NCBI GenBank assembly: GCA_030141605.1 | Contig: JAQGDQ010001788.1 | Span: forward strand, 1-25,571 | Source of the DNA: Tubiluchus corallicola | Taxonomy: Eukaryota; Animalia; Priapulida | Length of the DNA stretch: 25,571 bases | Direction of reading: 5' to 3' | Part shown: piece after piece, positions 1 to 10,217 of the stretch | How the letters are laid out: the number at the start of each line of letters is the position of its first letter | Position numbering within the stretch: the stretch's first letter is position 1 | Made by a program: the position numbers and the translations under genes | Notes under the pieces: model-generated | Seen by the model: only the letters and a program-made list of their open reading frames with translations | Database searches by the model: none | Told to the model about the DNA's origin: nothing

Positions 1-87
1 TATTGTTTAAAACGTTTACATTTTACCGGTCTTAGGATATGAACAAACGCCCTCTTTTGCTTAAACACAGTTTCAAAGACGATAAGC

Positions 88-95
88 TGACGTCA
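88..95. promoter_or_regulatory. Perfect CRE palindrome TGACGTCA upstream of the sulfotransferase
   Basis: Exact motif about 310 bp upstream of the ATG. Function is inferred only; the motif also occurs elsewhere in the window. Confidence 0.3.
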
Positions 96-405
96 CGCCG
101 TAACGCCTTCTTGCGTTAATTCACTATAGGTAACAGAATGTTCTGGTTTTGTGAATGCGAACACAGTCTTTGTGCCTGCCTGAGGGGTTAATTTTTACAG
201 CTGTGTGGTGATGCGAGCTAAAGATTATGCATGAGATATGGTAATTGGTACTTGGTAATTCATGCGTAGACGCTTCCGCAACCCCTGAGTTAAATTTAAA
301 CTCTGTGCATAGTTACAACAACAATCGCGTGGGGTCATCTTGTAAACTTGTCAAGTCTGGTCAACTTGACGAAATTGACAAGAAACACGTGCTAATAATA
401 AAATA

Positions 406-586
406 ATGATGTACAATAAGCCGGTTCGTTTGCATTCAGTTGGGCGCGTGCTAAATTGGATTTGCGTTTTCGTTGTTCTTGTGGCCTCTTGTGCTTTTGT
501 GGTTTTAAGCAGTAAAATAAGTTACAAGAGCAACGATGAGGTCACCAGTTACCTATCCCAGAAGTCACTAGTTGAACACAACAACG
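406..586 (+). CDS. Carbohydrate sulfotransferase (Sulfotransfer_2, CHST8-14/HNK-1ST-like), coding exon 1: cytoplasmic tail, type II membrane anchor and stem
   Basis: ATG at 406, basic N-terminus, hydrophobic anchor VLNWICVFVVLVASCAFVVL. Donor AACG|GTACGT with GT at 587-588 (phase 1) splices in frame to the acceptor ending at 1011. Confidence 0.85.
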
Positions 587-623
587 GTACGTTACATTTA
601 TGAACATTTTGCAAAAGGTGTTT

Positions 624-953
<330 letters not shown>

Positions 954-1011
954 TTATAACTATCATGATGCTGTTTTGTTTTTGCTTTTTTAAGTTCAAA
1001 TTTTATTTCAG

Positions 1012-1910
1012 CATCTGCAGTACAATGGCAAGAGAAAGACATAGCTGACATGATGAAAAATCGTTTACAAAGAGTTGAAGACTACTGCCAGCGCTGGAAC
1101 TGGCAACACAACTTCACGTTTGGTGGAACTTTCAGAAAATGGCAACCGCAGACGTTCGTGGACAGAAGACACAAAATCCTCTTCTGTTCCGTCCCGAAGA
1201 CGGCGTCGACCACGTGGAAACGCATTCTGGCAAGCTTAGTGCTGATTCACACAAACAAAACCACCCACAATGCAACGCACCTGATGAGCATGCGCACTCT
1301 GGACGAACTTCGGGAACCAGCCAATCAGAATCAGCAGCTGTGTAGGTTTAACACGTGCGTAAAATCGAAACAGGAACGAGAAACAATGTTAAACAACTAC
1401 AAAAAACTGTTCTTCATACGGAACCCGTTCGAGAGACTTGTATCCGTGTTCCGCCGCATCCAGAGGGCTTCCGAACTTCCGAGAGACTCCTCTTTTGCCT
1501 CTGCGTCCAGGGAGATAGCCGCGATGTACAAGGAGTTGTCCGACGGTGGCGCCGACTATGCCAACTTTCGACAGTTTTTGACTTTTGCTGCCGAAACTTC
1601 AGTGTCGGCACGGAACCGGCACTGGTCTCGAATCGTGGACTTGTGCAATCCGTGCGAAATTAAATACGATTTTATCGGATCATACGAATTTTTAGCCCGC
1701 GATTCGAACTTCATTTTGAAATCTCTGGGTTTCGCTAACGAAATTAAATTACCCGAAAGACGAGTGCTGGATTTTTCTAATTACGATAAGCAGGGGTCGG
1801 GAGAGCTAATGAAAGACATGTTCAAGGACATTCCACGTGACGTCATCATCAGTGTGTATAAGACCTTCAAACCTGACTTTGATATGTTTGATTTCAAAAT
1901 TCCAATTTAG
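1012..1910 (+). CDS. Carbohydrate sulfotransferase (Sulfotransfer_2, CHST8-14/HNK-1ST-like), coding exon 2: catalytic domain. Spliced product 359 aa
   Basis: Acceptor TTTTATTTCAG ends at 1011; G+CA gives A-S-A-V-Q-W-Q-E-K-D-I-A-D in frame with the 1050..1910 ORF. Motifs: 5'-PSB CSVPKTASTTWK, 3'-PB RNPFERLVS, HW..C.PC..YDFIG, C-terminal DFDMFDF. Stop TAG at 1908-1910. Confidence 0.93.
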
Positions 1911-2044
1911 GTCTCGTCTTCCACCAAACATAGCAAATTACCATGTTACAGTGAAGTTGAAAAACATGGCTTCTAAAGGAAGACAGGATGATTTTTCAAA
2001 TACTTCCCAATACTTTCAAATACTTTTCAAATACTTTATTGTAC

Positions 2045-2557
2045 ATTTTCAAGTACAATAAAAATATACATTTAGTACAACTAATACTTCCAAACCATTT
2101 CTGATGTTGAATTATAGATTTAACACTTTATTAACGGCGGGCGAGCCCAAATGTTGATAACATCACAAACGAACATAATTTTCAAAAGGAAAAATATTTC
2201 ACTAGCGTGTTGCACGTGTTTTTGAATGTGGAAATTGAAATACAGTGCTACTGTAAGATAGTCTGTGTTATACTAAAACTAGGCAAGTTTTAAGATCAAA
2301 ATTCAAATTTCAAATTTAGCGCTGCGTAAGTTCGTCACAGTAAACTGTGAGGTACAGCACCTGTTTATTGTGCAATCCGTTTCCGAAATGCAGGCGCTAG
2401 TGACGGTCTAACTAGAGAATGGCGAAATGCATGTAACAGCGAAGAACTAGTGGCGCGAACGTGAAATTGTGTTTGTGTGGTAATAATTCTTTCATGTAAG
2501 TCATTTTTGAAAAGATTATATTTCCTTTCAATATTTTAAAGAATAGACTGTTTTTGA
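2045..2557 (+). mobile_element. Non-autonomous DNA transposon-like repeat, family A copy
   Basis: Collinear similarity to 10260-10620 and 21760-22305, e.g. gcgtgttgcac, aaaactaggcaag, aaatgcatgtaacagcgaagaactagtggcgcgaacgt. Confidence 0.85.
2057..2062 (+). terminator. Candidate polyadenylation signal AATAAA of the sulfotransferase
   Basis: First AATAAA after the stop codon (about 150 nt downstream); lies within a repeat family A copy. Confidence 0.45.
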
Positions 2558-3056
2558 ATCTTGGCATTATTACACGCTACAAAGTGTTTACTTTTTACAA
2601 TATCTCAAAATAGAGCAAGATATAAAAGATATATATATATATATTTTTTTCTCTTATGCAGCACACCAGTCTGTATCTTTCAGAGAAATAAACTACGGAC
2701 AGAAACTGTTTGTCTGGTGCATCAATTATATAGAGAAACTGCGGAGATTGATAGCATGGAGTATTGCGTATTTCCCAATGCTTCATTGAATGTAATAGGT
2801 GACATCATTCATTTTTGATAACCACAAAATTCTGCACAAGGCAAACTTGTTTGCTATTGTTGAACGACCAGTGGGGGGGCATGGTTTTGATAAGATTATG
2901 TCCCACGTTTATAAAGGTTTCAAAAGACGGTTTTCACCCAATATGACAGCGAGCAGAAGATTCAAATATTAGATAAAGAGAGAAAGACAAAGAAATAATT
3001 TATTAATAACCGTCGCTCAGTTTAACAGACAACTTTAGCAATAATTTCTATTTACT

Positions 3057-3596
3057 GACTTAAGCTACGACTCCTTGTGCACGTAATGCGTGGTGCGTGA
3101 TCTGTAATGCGTGATGCGTATTGACTGTTTCCATGTGCGCGTAATGTGTAATGCGTGATCTGTGATCCGTAATCCGTGATGTGTATTGACTGCTCCTATG
3201 TGTGCGTAATGCGTGATGCGTACTGACTGTTGCCATGTGCGCGTAACGTGTAATGCGTGATCTGTGATCCGTAATCCGTGATGCGTGTTGACTGCTCCTA
3301 TGTGTGCGTGATGCGTGATGCGTACTGACTGTTTCCATGTGCGCGTAATGTGTAATGCGTGATCTGTGATCCGTAATCCGTGATGCGTATTGGCTGCTCC
3401 CATGTGTGCGTAATGCTGACTGTTTCCATGTGCGCGTAATGTGTAATGCGTGATCTGTGATCCATAATCCGTGATACGTATTGACTGCTCCCATGTGTGC
3501 GTAATGCGTGATGCGTGCTGACTGTTTCGTTGTGTCCGTAAACGCTATGCGTACTAACAAAGCCCACGGCCCTCTTTGCGCCAAATTTGGTAGCCA
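3057..3596 (+). repeat. Interspersed repeat family D with an internal tandem expansion (about 102-bp higher-order unit, 65+37 bp)
   Basis: tgactg-anchored subunits at about 3122, 3187, 3224, 3289, 3326, 3391, 3417, 3482, 3519. Both ends match the short copy at 5879-6020. Confidence 0.9.
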
Positions 3597-3770
3597 GAAT
3601 AGCGAAATGCATGTAACAGCGAAGAACTAATGGAGCAAACGTGGAATTGCGTTCGTGTGGTAACAATTACTTTACGTAAGTCATTTTTGTAAAAAATTGT
3701 ATGTTTCCTTTCAATATTTTAAACAGTAGATCGTTTTGACCTACAATTTAACATTAACTGGGTTTTGCTC
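3590..3770 (+). mobile_element. Family A distal fragment
   Basis: gcgaaatgcatgtaacagcgaagaacta...tttcctttcaatattttaaa matches 2420-2545 and 22170-22330. Confidence 0.8.
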
Positions 3771-3889
3771 GAAAGAACACATCTGAACCAGACAAATGAG
3801 TTGTTAGGATTTCAGAGATCACACCCTAATGCCCTAATCAGCAAGTTATAGCTGTTAAGCAATGGAAATGAAAGTGGAGATGGAGGTTT

Positions 3890-4240
3890 TCTGATCTCTT
3901 TAATGCCTTTTACACACTTGACTTCAATTTTACTGAGTAAATTCACTTAGTATGTAAAATGGTTTTTCAGAGCGCGATTTCTCAATGGTTCAATAGCTAC
4001 GTAATTAACTGCACCAGTTATTAATAGCAAACAACTGCCGGAGTTCCGCAGGGATCAACGCTTGGCCCGTTAGTATTTTTTATTTATATGAAACGCACGG
4101 CCAAAGTCAAATTACAGCTAAAATAATAATTTTTATACGGTGCACTTGGATTTTTGTAATCTTTTGGCACCTAACGTAAACAAAAAATTAAAATAATAGT
4201 TTAGGTTTAGTTGAAAGCAAACAAATTAGCACTCAAACAA
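3890..4240 (+). mobile_element. Degraded non-LTR retrotransposon (CR1/L2-type) reverse transcriptase fragment
   Basis: 4040..4093 translates GVPQGSTLGPLVFFIYMK (RT motif GVPQGSxLGPxLF). Upstream QWFNSY and downstream LKANKLAL are RT-like remnants; stops and frameshifts present. Confidence 0.8.
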
Positions 4241-4263
4241 AACAATATATATATAGGCTTTCC

Positions 4264-4723
4264 TTAACCCCTTCAGTCCCAAATTATTTTTTAATAAGAA
4301 AAAATTTTTTGGCTTGGTACTTTTGTTCAGTATGTCCATCTTGTTTACACATAATAATTTTTTTCTACCTGTGCCCGCGTGCTAAAATAGCCTTTATCCC
4401 ACGGGATGCATTGGGATTCAATGGTTGCTAAACATGATAAAAAGCAAATGCTGATAATTTTTTAAAGTATTTAAGACATTTAGTATGCATGCTATACTGA
4501 TCTGTACAAAGTCGTCTCTAAAGTACTGTACCTTGCGCAGTTTTTTTATGCTATGTAGATTTTTTACTTTACCATTTTATCACTATTTTTAGTCTATTGT
4601 TATTGGCTTAAATCAAAATAACAATTAACAGACCAAATAACTGTCAGTTTTAAAATTTTATTAATTTTAAAGGTAGAGAATATTCTCGTATCCCATGGGA
4701 TACAACAGGTATGAAAGGGTTAA
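4264..4723. mobile_element. piggyBac-type MITE, copy 1 (element 4268..4719, TTAA TSDs)
   Basis: TTAA-CCCCTTCA ... TGAAAGGG-TTAA; homologous to 7770..8154. Confidence 0.9.
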
Positions 4724-5170
4724 TGTTGTTGTTGTCGTCGTTGTCGTCGTCGTTGATGCTGTTCTTATCAGTTATTATTATATAATTGTAACATATTTAC
4801 ATAGTAATAAATTCATTTGCATATCGAATATAAAACATGAAATAAAACAAAAAATATATAGTCAGATAAAACACTAAAAACGATATTATGCATCTTAACC
4901 GGCTTGAAGGATAGCTCGGAAGTGGTGCTGACTAGCCACCGACATATCAGTGTCTACTTTTTTGCTGGACTAACTGCTGTGTTTACCAGCCTTGAGGACA
5001 AAGTTCTTTTATTCTAGAATTCTGTTTGCATAATGCCACCAAACGGCGTGTGATGAAGATGTAATGATGATGGTGATTGTGATGATGATGATGATGAAGA
5101 TAATGATAACATGATAATGGGTAGTACTTGTGGCAAACACGAGAATAAGAGAGTGAACGTAATAACAATT

Positions 5171-5173
5171 TAT

Positions 5174-5233
<60 letters not shown>

Positions 5234-5278
5234 ATACGTACACACACACACACACACATACATATATATACATATATG

Positions 5279-5311
<33 letters not shown>

Positions 5312-5320
5312 GTATGTATA
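5171..5320. repeat. Quasi-palindromic compound microsatellite (TACA)n(TA)n(TG)n-TATACGTA-(CA)n(TA)n(TGTA)n
   Basis: Directly visible; symmetric about 5235-5240. Confidence 0.92.
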
Positions 5321-5769
5321 CTTTATTTGCCATAAAATTCAAAATAAAATCAATTACATAATAAAATACATGATAAATGCAGGACAAAATTTTCACCAAT
5401 TCTCACAATATACACAACACATTCGTAAATGATACCAAACAAAATTGACTTGTTCAGTTTGGCGTTTTAATTTACGAACTGTGAGTTGCGAATTTTCAAT
5501 TATTCTCTCTCAGTTGCTAGGGACGCGGGTATATAAAATTTGAAAGTATAAGAAATTAACGTCATTTACATGATTTGGTTTCTCTAAATTCTACTTAACT
5601 GGTTTTGTTTCAATGTCTCTTTAAAAATAGCTACATTCGTATTGCATTAGTTTATACACTGAACACAGGTGCTGCCACCTGTTCCACCTGCATGCACCTG
5701 TACACTGCAGAGATTAGCATAGATTAATCTGTTAATCTTTTCGCGGCATCCAATTTTCTAATCAAGTTT

Positions 5770-5855
5770 CTAGCAACGTATACAATGTAGCATGTGTAAT
5801 GCTGATTTACTAGCAGCATATACAATGTAGCATGTGTAATGCTGGATTTACTAAC
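5770..5855. repeat. About 40-bp tandem duplication
   Basis: tatacaatgtagcatgtgtaatgctg occurs twice in tandem. Confidence 0.85.
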
Positions 5856-5878
5856 AGCAGGTACTAAGATTCATAAAA

Positions 5879-6020
5879 GACTTGAGTTACGACTCCATGA
5901 GCGCGTAATGCGTAACGCGTGATCCGTAATCCGCAATGCGTATTGACTGTTTCTATGCGTCCGCAAGCGCTATGCGTATTAAGAAAACCACGGCGCTCTT
6001 TCCGCGATTTTTGGTAACTA
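5879..6020 (+). repeat. Family D short, unexpanded copy
   Basis: gacttgagttacgactcc...gcgtattgactgtttc...cgctatgcgta...ccacggcgctcttt matches both ends of 3057..3596. Confidence 0.8.
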
Positions 6021-6128
6021 TTCGTGAAAATTGCAAGCAATAATTCCAGGAAAGCATGTCTCTGTGGAAATTTAAGCGTCATAGTTACAGCCACACATTA
6101 GCTTATCATTGTACTATTAGACGGAAAG

Positions 6129-6850
6129 ATTTAAAAGAAAGCATAGGTTTTGTGTGCACAACATTTTACAGAGGAGAAAACAATACGGCAAGTATCGTCC
6201 ATTAGTGATACGCTTGCCTCTTGGATTAATTTGCCCCAGTTGCCCCTATCGGTGCCCTTAACAAATCGCAAAGCACGAATTGCTTTGCACCTCGGGTCCA
6301 ATTTGCCCCATTTCCCCTATAACCAATTTTAATAATTTTCTGTTCAATATTGGTTATGCAGACAATAACATGTGCCAGTGTTTACAGGGGGGGGGGCGAA
6401 CCCCACAACACCTGTTGTTTGAATGTAAATTCGTAAGTCGCATAGGGATGTTAATTATATGTTAACTTTTCGTGATAATTTGATTTTAATTAACATTGCT
6501 AATATTTTGTTAGATAATTTTATGTTATCATTATCCTAACGAGACTAATTAATATTAGATAATAGATGTCAATGTCAGCAAGGGCGTATTAAGGCGTTTT
6601 TTGGAGATTTTTCGACCACCGTTCCTCCCGGTGGACCCGTTTCGGAAAGTACTCCCCCATGGTAAAGGACCGGTTCGAGACGTTTCGTTTGAGGTATAGA
6701 ATCACTGAATATGGTCCAAGCTGTAGCCTCGAATCGTTAAGTGTATCGATAGGGGCAACTGGGGCAAATTAATCCAAGAGGCAAGCGTGTCACTAATGTC
6801 TTGTCCCCTGTAAAATGCTGTGCACCCAAAACCTGTGCTTTCTTTTAAAT
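6129..6850. mobile_element. Non-autonomous element with long (about 115-135 bp) terminal inverted repeats
   Basis: Arms 6129-6262 and 6736-6850 are reverse complements, e.g. cgcttgcctcttggattaatttgccccagttgcccctatcg vs cgataggggcaactggggcaaattaatccaagaggcaagcg. Confidence 0.88.
6325..6440 (+). mobile_element. Non-LTR retrotransposon C-terminal CCHC zinc-knuckle fragment inside the TIR element
   Basis: NNFLFNIGYADNNMCQC...TPQHLLFEC resembles the LNxxLxxIGxxDSxxCxC..ETxxHxLxxC tail of LINE ORF2 proteins. Confidence 0.65.
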
Positions 6851-7004
6851 TTTACGGTTAAAAACACAAAGAACAAAAATAGCTCCTTACAAGTGTCTGC
6901 TTAAAAAGTAAAAATTTTGCTAAAATCAACATCACGTGGCCATTTTTTAAATAATTTTCGGTTGCCAGTATTTACAGTTGGAACATCATTCACATATGAA
7001 GGTA

Positions 7005-8318
7005 TTCAAATTCAAATTCAAAAAGGTTTATTTATCTCTAATATAATATTTATAGCGCAAATACAACAAATTGTGTAAAGTATGTAGAGATGGGGTGGCG
7101 AAAGACCAGGAGGTCATCGAGTCAGCCACCCCTATATAACTTAGAAATATTATAAAGCACGGCAGACTGCATGGTTAAGTGAATAAATACGTGGTTAGGT
7201 CTTAAGTGTAGCAAATAAACAAGATGCAAAGCAGTTATATTATAATTATACCAATGAAATAAAAGCAAGCAAATAATGCAATTAAATATTAAAACAACGG
7301 CTGAACAAGTCATGAATGCAACAACAAAAAAGCAAGCAATCTGATTAAATCATAAATGCAGCGAGTGAACTAAAATGCAGCAAATGAACGAAAATGTAGT
7401 TAAATAATGAATGCAAAACAAATAAACAAAGGGAAGAAAATTTGTGCAGTAAGTCTTAAATGTAATAAATGAACAAAAGCAATCAGTAATCATAATGTGA
7501 CAAATATACACAAAAAGCAAGCAATGCAGTCAATTTATAAATGCAGCTATTAAATGAACAGCAAACAAAAAACTGTAATTAAATTTTAAATGTGACAGTT
7601 TAAAAAAAAGCAAATTTAATCATAAATATAGCAAATATATTCAACCAGGCAATCAAGCATATTTTTATTTTATGGAATAGGATAGTAAACCCATGTAATG
7701 CATTATCAGCACCCATGTAGATTATTCCATAGACTTACAACTCTCTTGATAAAGAAATATTTGAAGCAATTAACCCTTTCAGTCCCAAATTATTTTTTTA
7801 ATAAGAAAAAATTTTTTGGCTTGGTACTTTTGTTCACAATGTATCCTGTGGGAACGAAGTCCGACTTTTTTAAAAACATAACAAAAGCAAAAAATGTGCT
7901 TCATTTTGCAACTGCTGATAATTTTTAAAGTATTTAAGACATTTAGTATGCACGCTATGCTGATCTGTACAAAGTCGTTTCTAAAGTACTGTACCTTTAT
8001 CGCCATTTTATCGCCATTTTTAGTCTATTGTCATTGGCTTAAAACAAAATAACTATTAACAGATCAAATAACTCTGAGTTTTAAAATTTTATTAATTTTA
8101 AAGGCAGAAAATATTCTGGTATCCCACGGGATACAACGGGTATGAAAGGGTTAAGTGAGCTTTTTTTCACTTGTAATTTCAAATAGTGGCACCTTGTAAT
8201 CTTTGCAAGTGGTGCAACGTTAAAAAATTCAAACTTGAGATTGATATGTCACCATGAATTGTGCTATAGCACATAGTTAACTCAATACAAACGAGTCTTA
8301 ATTCTAGGGGATCCAATT
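7005..8318 (-). mobile_element. 3' end of a CR1/L2-type LINE (ORF2 C-terminus, 3' UTR, stem-loop, TTTGAA-repeat tail), interrupted by a piggyBac MITE
   Basis: Minus strand reads LDPLELRLVCIELTMCYSTIHG... and, after removing the MITE, ITRCHYLKLQVKKSSLNCFKYFFIKRVVSLWNNL (CR1 motif TRGHxxKL..FFxxRVVxxWNxLP). Hairpin GGGGTGGC/GCCACCCC at 7092-7132; ttcaaa repeats at 7005-7022. Joining the tail to the ORF fragment is inferred. Confidence 0.75.
7770..8154. mobile_element. piggyBac-type MITE, copy 2 (element 7774..8150, TTAA TSDs)
   Basis: TTAA-CCCTTTCA ... TGAAAGGG-TTAA, perfect 8-bp TIR plus TSD; homologous to 4264..4723. Confidence 0.93.
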
Positions 8319-8329
8319 AAAATATAGAA

Positions 8330-8930
8330 GCTGTCCACCTCGGATAAAAGGGATACCTCGAGACCGGAAGAAAACATCACTTATATCCGATGACACTTAT
8401 AGCCGAAGTTGAGTCAGACCGAAGGTGTATCTAGACCTGTACTTTTCTGTACTTTTACCCATATTTTTATAGATTATTGCTACACATTCAGTGCAAGCGG
8501 TATGTAGGAAGCTCCTTCAGTGATGCGAGATGTATGTGACCGCGGAAACCGAGCTGTTCGAAGACCGAGTTTGTGAAAAATTGAGGTTAAAAATCAATCA
8601 ATTTCGCTTTGATCATAGGGTCTCTTATAGCCGAAGTTGAGTCAGACCGAGGGTATATCTAGACCTGTACTGTTACCCATATTTTTAAGGATAATTGTCG
8701 TATAATCAGTGCAAACTGTATGTAGGAAGTTCCTTCAGTGATGCGAGATGTATGTGACCGCGGAAACCGAGCTGTTCAAAGACCGAGTTTGCGAAAAATT
8801 GAGGTTAAAAATCGATCAATTTCGCTTTGATCAGAGGGTTCCTTATATGTGAGGTAATTTACCTGGGTTTCTATTGCGCGGGACCTGAAGATATCGTACT
8901 CTATCTAAGTATGACGTGGAGTTTAACTTA
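8330..8930. mobile_element. Probable Tc1/pogo(Tigger)-like non-autonomous element with an internal ~228-bp tandem duplication (8396-8623 / 8624-8847)
   Basis: The duplication is directly visible (cttatagccgaagttgagtcagaccga at 8396 and 8624). Family assignment rests only on acctcggataa / gggacc / cttata..gaggt motifs reminiscent of pogo MITEs. Confidence 0.55.
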
Positions 8931-9019
8931 CATCTTACATATATATATATATAAATAAATAAATATATCCAGAAACAACAGAAATTAATACATAGATAAC
9001 AAAATACTGATAATCTTAC

Positions 9020-9817
9020 CTTTTTCTTGTTTCTGTTGATGGCTTCGTCACGGGCATCTTGAGCGTTACCTGGTGTCTGGTTTCCCCAGACTCTGAAGCC
9101 AATTCTCGAGTAGGCGTAACTAATGATAACCAGGGGAGCGAAATACTGCGCGAATATTAAGTAATAGTTATAATTATAAAAACTCTCCTTCGACCAGCTA
9201 GGAAAACAGAACGGTTTCGTTCCGGATGGACTGTATTTGTCCGGCACCGGTTTGACCCTTAACGTGATAGCCATCGGAATCGCTGACCCGAATCCAAGAA
9301 GCCAAATTCCGGACACCACCAACTTGGCGGTCAGTTTGGTCATTCGTGGTCTGAGCGGATACAGCACGGCTATGTATCTGTCTATGGCGATTGTAGTTAA
9401 AGTAAAGACACTAACATTTACACTCAGTACCTGAACAAAGGGGGCGAGTTTGCACATGAAGTGTGGTAAGATCCAACGCTGCAGCAGCGCCGCTTGGAAC
9501 TGAAAAGGAATGGAGAATATTCCGATGATGATATCTGCGCATGCGAGGTTCGCTATGAAGAAATTCGTTACAGTCTGCATGCGCTTGTTCCTGGCAATTA
9601 CCCAGATCACCGCTAGGTTTCCCAAGATCGTGATGAGCGATATAGTTCCGTAGAATATCGCTAGGAGGACGATGACGTAATCGGTCACTTGGTAAATTTC
9701 GATGTTTTCTTCGGTGGTATTGGCGCTTGACGATTCGTTAGTCGTGGACGCGTTTAGAATTATAGCAGGTCTGGAAGGCACAGGGATGGTGGGCTGAGTT
9801 GTCATATCCATCATCAT
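9020..9817 (-). CDS. Lkr: Leucokinin (kinin) receptor-like class A neuropeptide GPCR, coding exon covering N-terminus, TM1-TM5 and ICL3; gene incomplete in this window
   Basis: N-glycosylation sites NAS/NES/NTT; TM1 GN; NLACAD; FSIPFQFQAALLQRW and PFVQVLSVNVS typical of leucokinin/lymnokinin receptors; DRY; WGNQTPGNAQ..RD..RNKKK. Phase-0 donor AAG|GTAAGA with GT at 9019-9018; the ORF track beyond it is intron read-through. Confidence 0.9.
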
Positions 9818-10217
9818 CTTTCTTGCGTATTCTAATCGAAGATTTCCGGTGTTGTGACAGTCGCTAAGGACGCAGTGATCGTATTCAGACCATAATGACC
9901 ATTCATCGCATTGATTTTTGAATTAATTCACTCGAATAAAACTCGTTAAAAATGATAATTTTTTGTCTAAAATTATTTATAGCAGAATTTTTTAAATTTA
10001 GCTAGTCACATCACAACGAGAAAGAAGTTAACATCGAAGTTGTATTGTCAAAGTCGACATTGTGCCTTGAAGAACGTATTACAATCACAAGCAATCTTAG
10101 ATGGCCGATAGATGGCTCAGACCAGATCCTAAACATATAAAAAATGATAAATTGATAACATAACATTATCATAATAATAAGCGAGATAATATATATATAT
10201 AATATAATATAATAACG

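Noticed and set aside
130-200. Possible 71-bp 5' UTR intron (AG|GTAACA ... TTTTTACAG)
   Set aside because: Plausible splice signals but nothing else in the sequence supports it.
406-603. Standalone 65-aa membrane peptide
   Set aside because: It is exon 1 of the sulfotransferase read through into the intron.
3060-3666. His/Arg/Thr-rich repetitive ORFs
   Set aside because: Open in several frames because of the tandem repeat; no domain evidence.
8843-9019. C-terminal 58 codons of the 324-aa GPCR ORF as a sixth TM helix
   Set aside because: Follows a strong GTAAGA donor, includes a TA repeat and lacks CWxP; intron read-through.
9818-9922. WSxWS-like peptide in the open frame upstream of the receptor ATG
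   Set aside because: No start codon and an in-frame stop at 9925-9923; most likely 5' UTR unless an internal acceptor is used.
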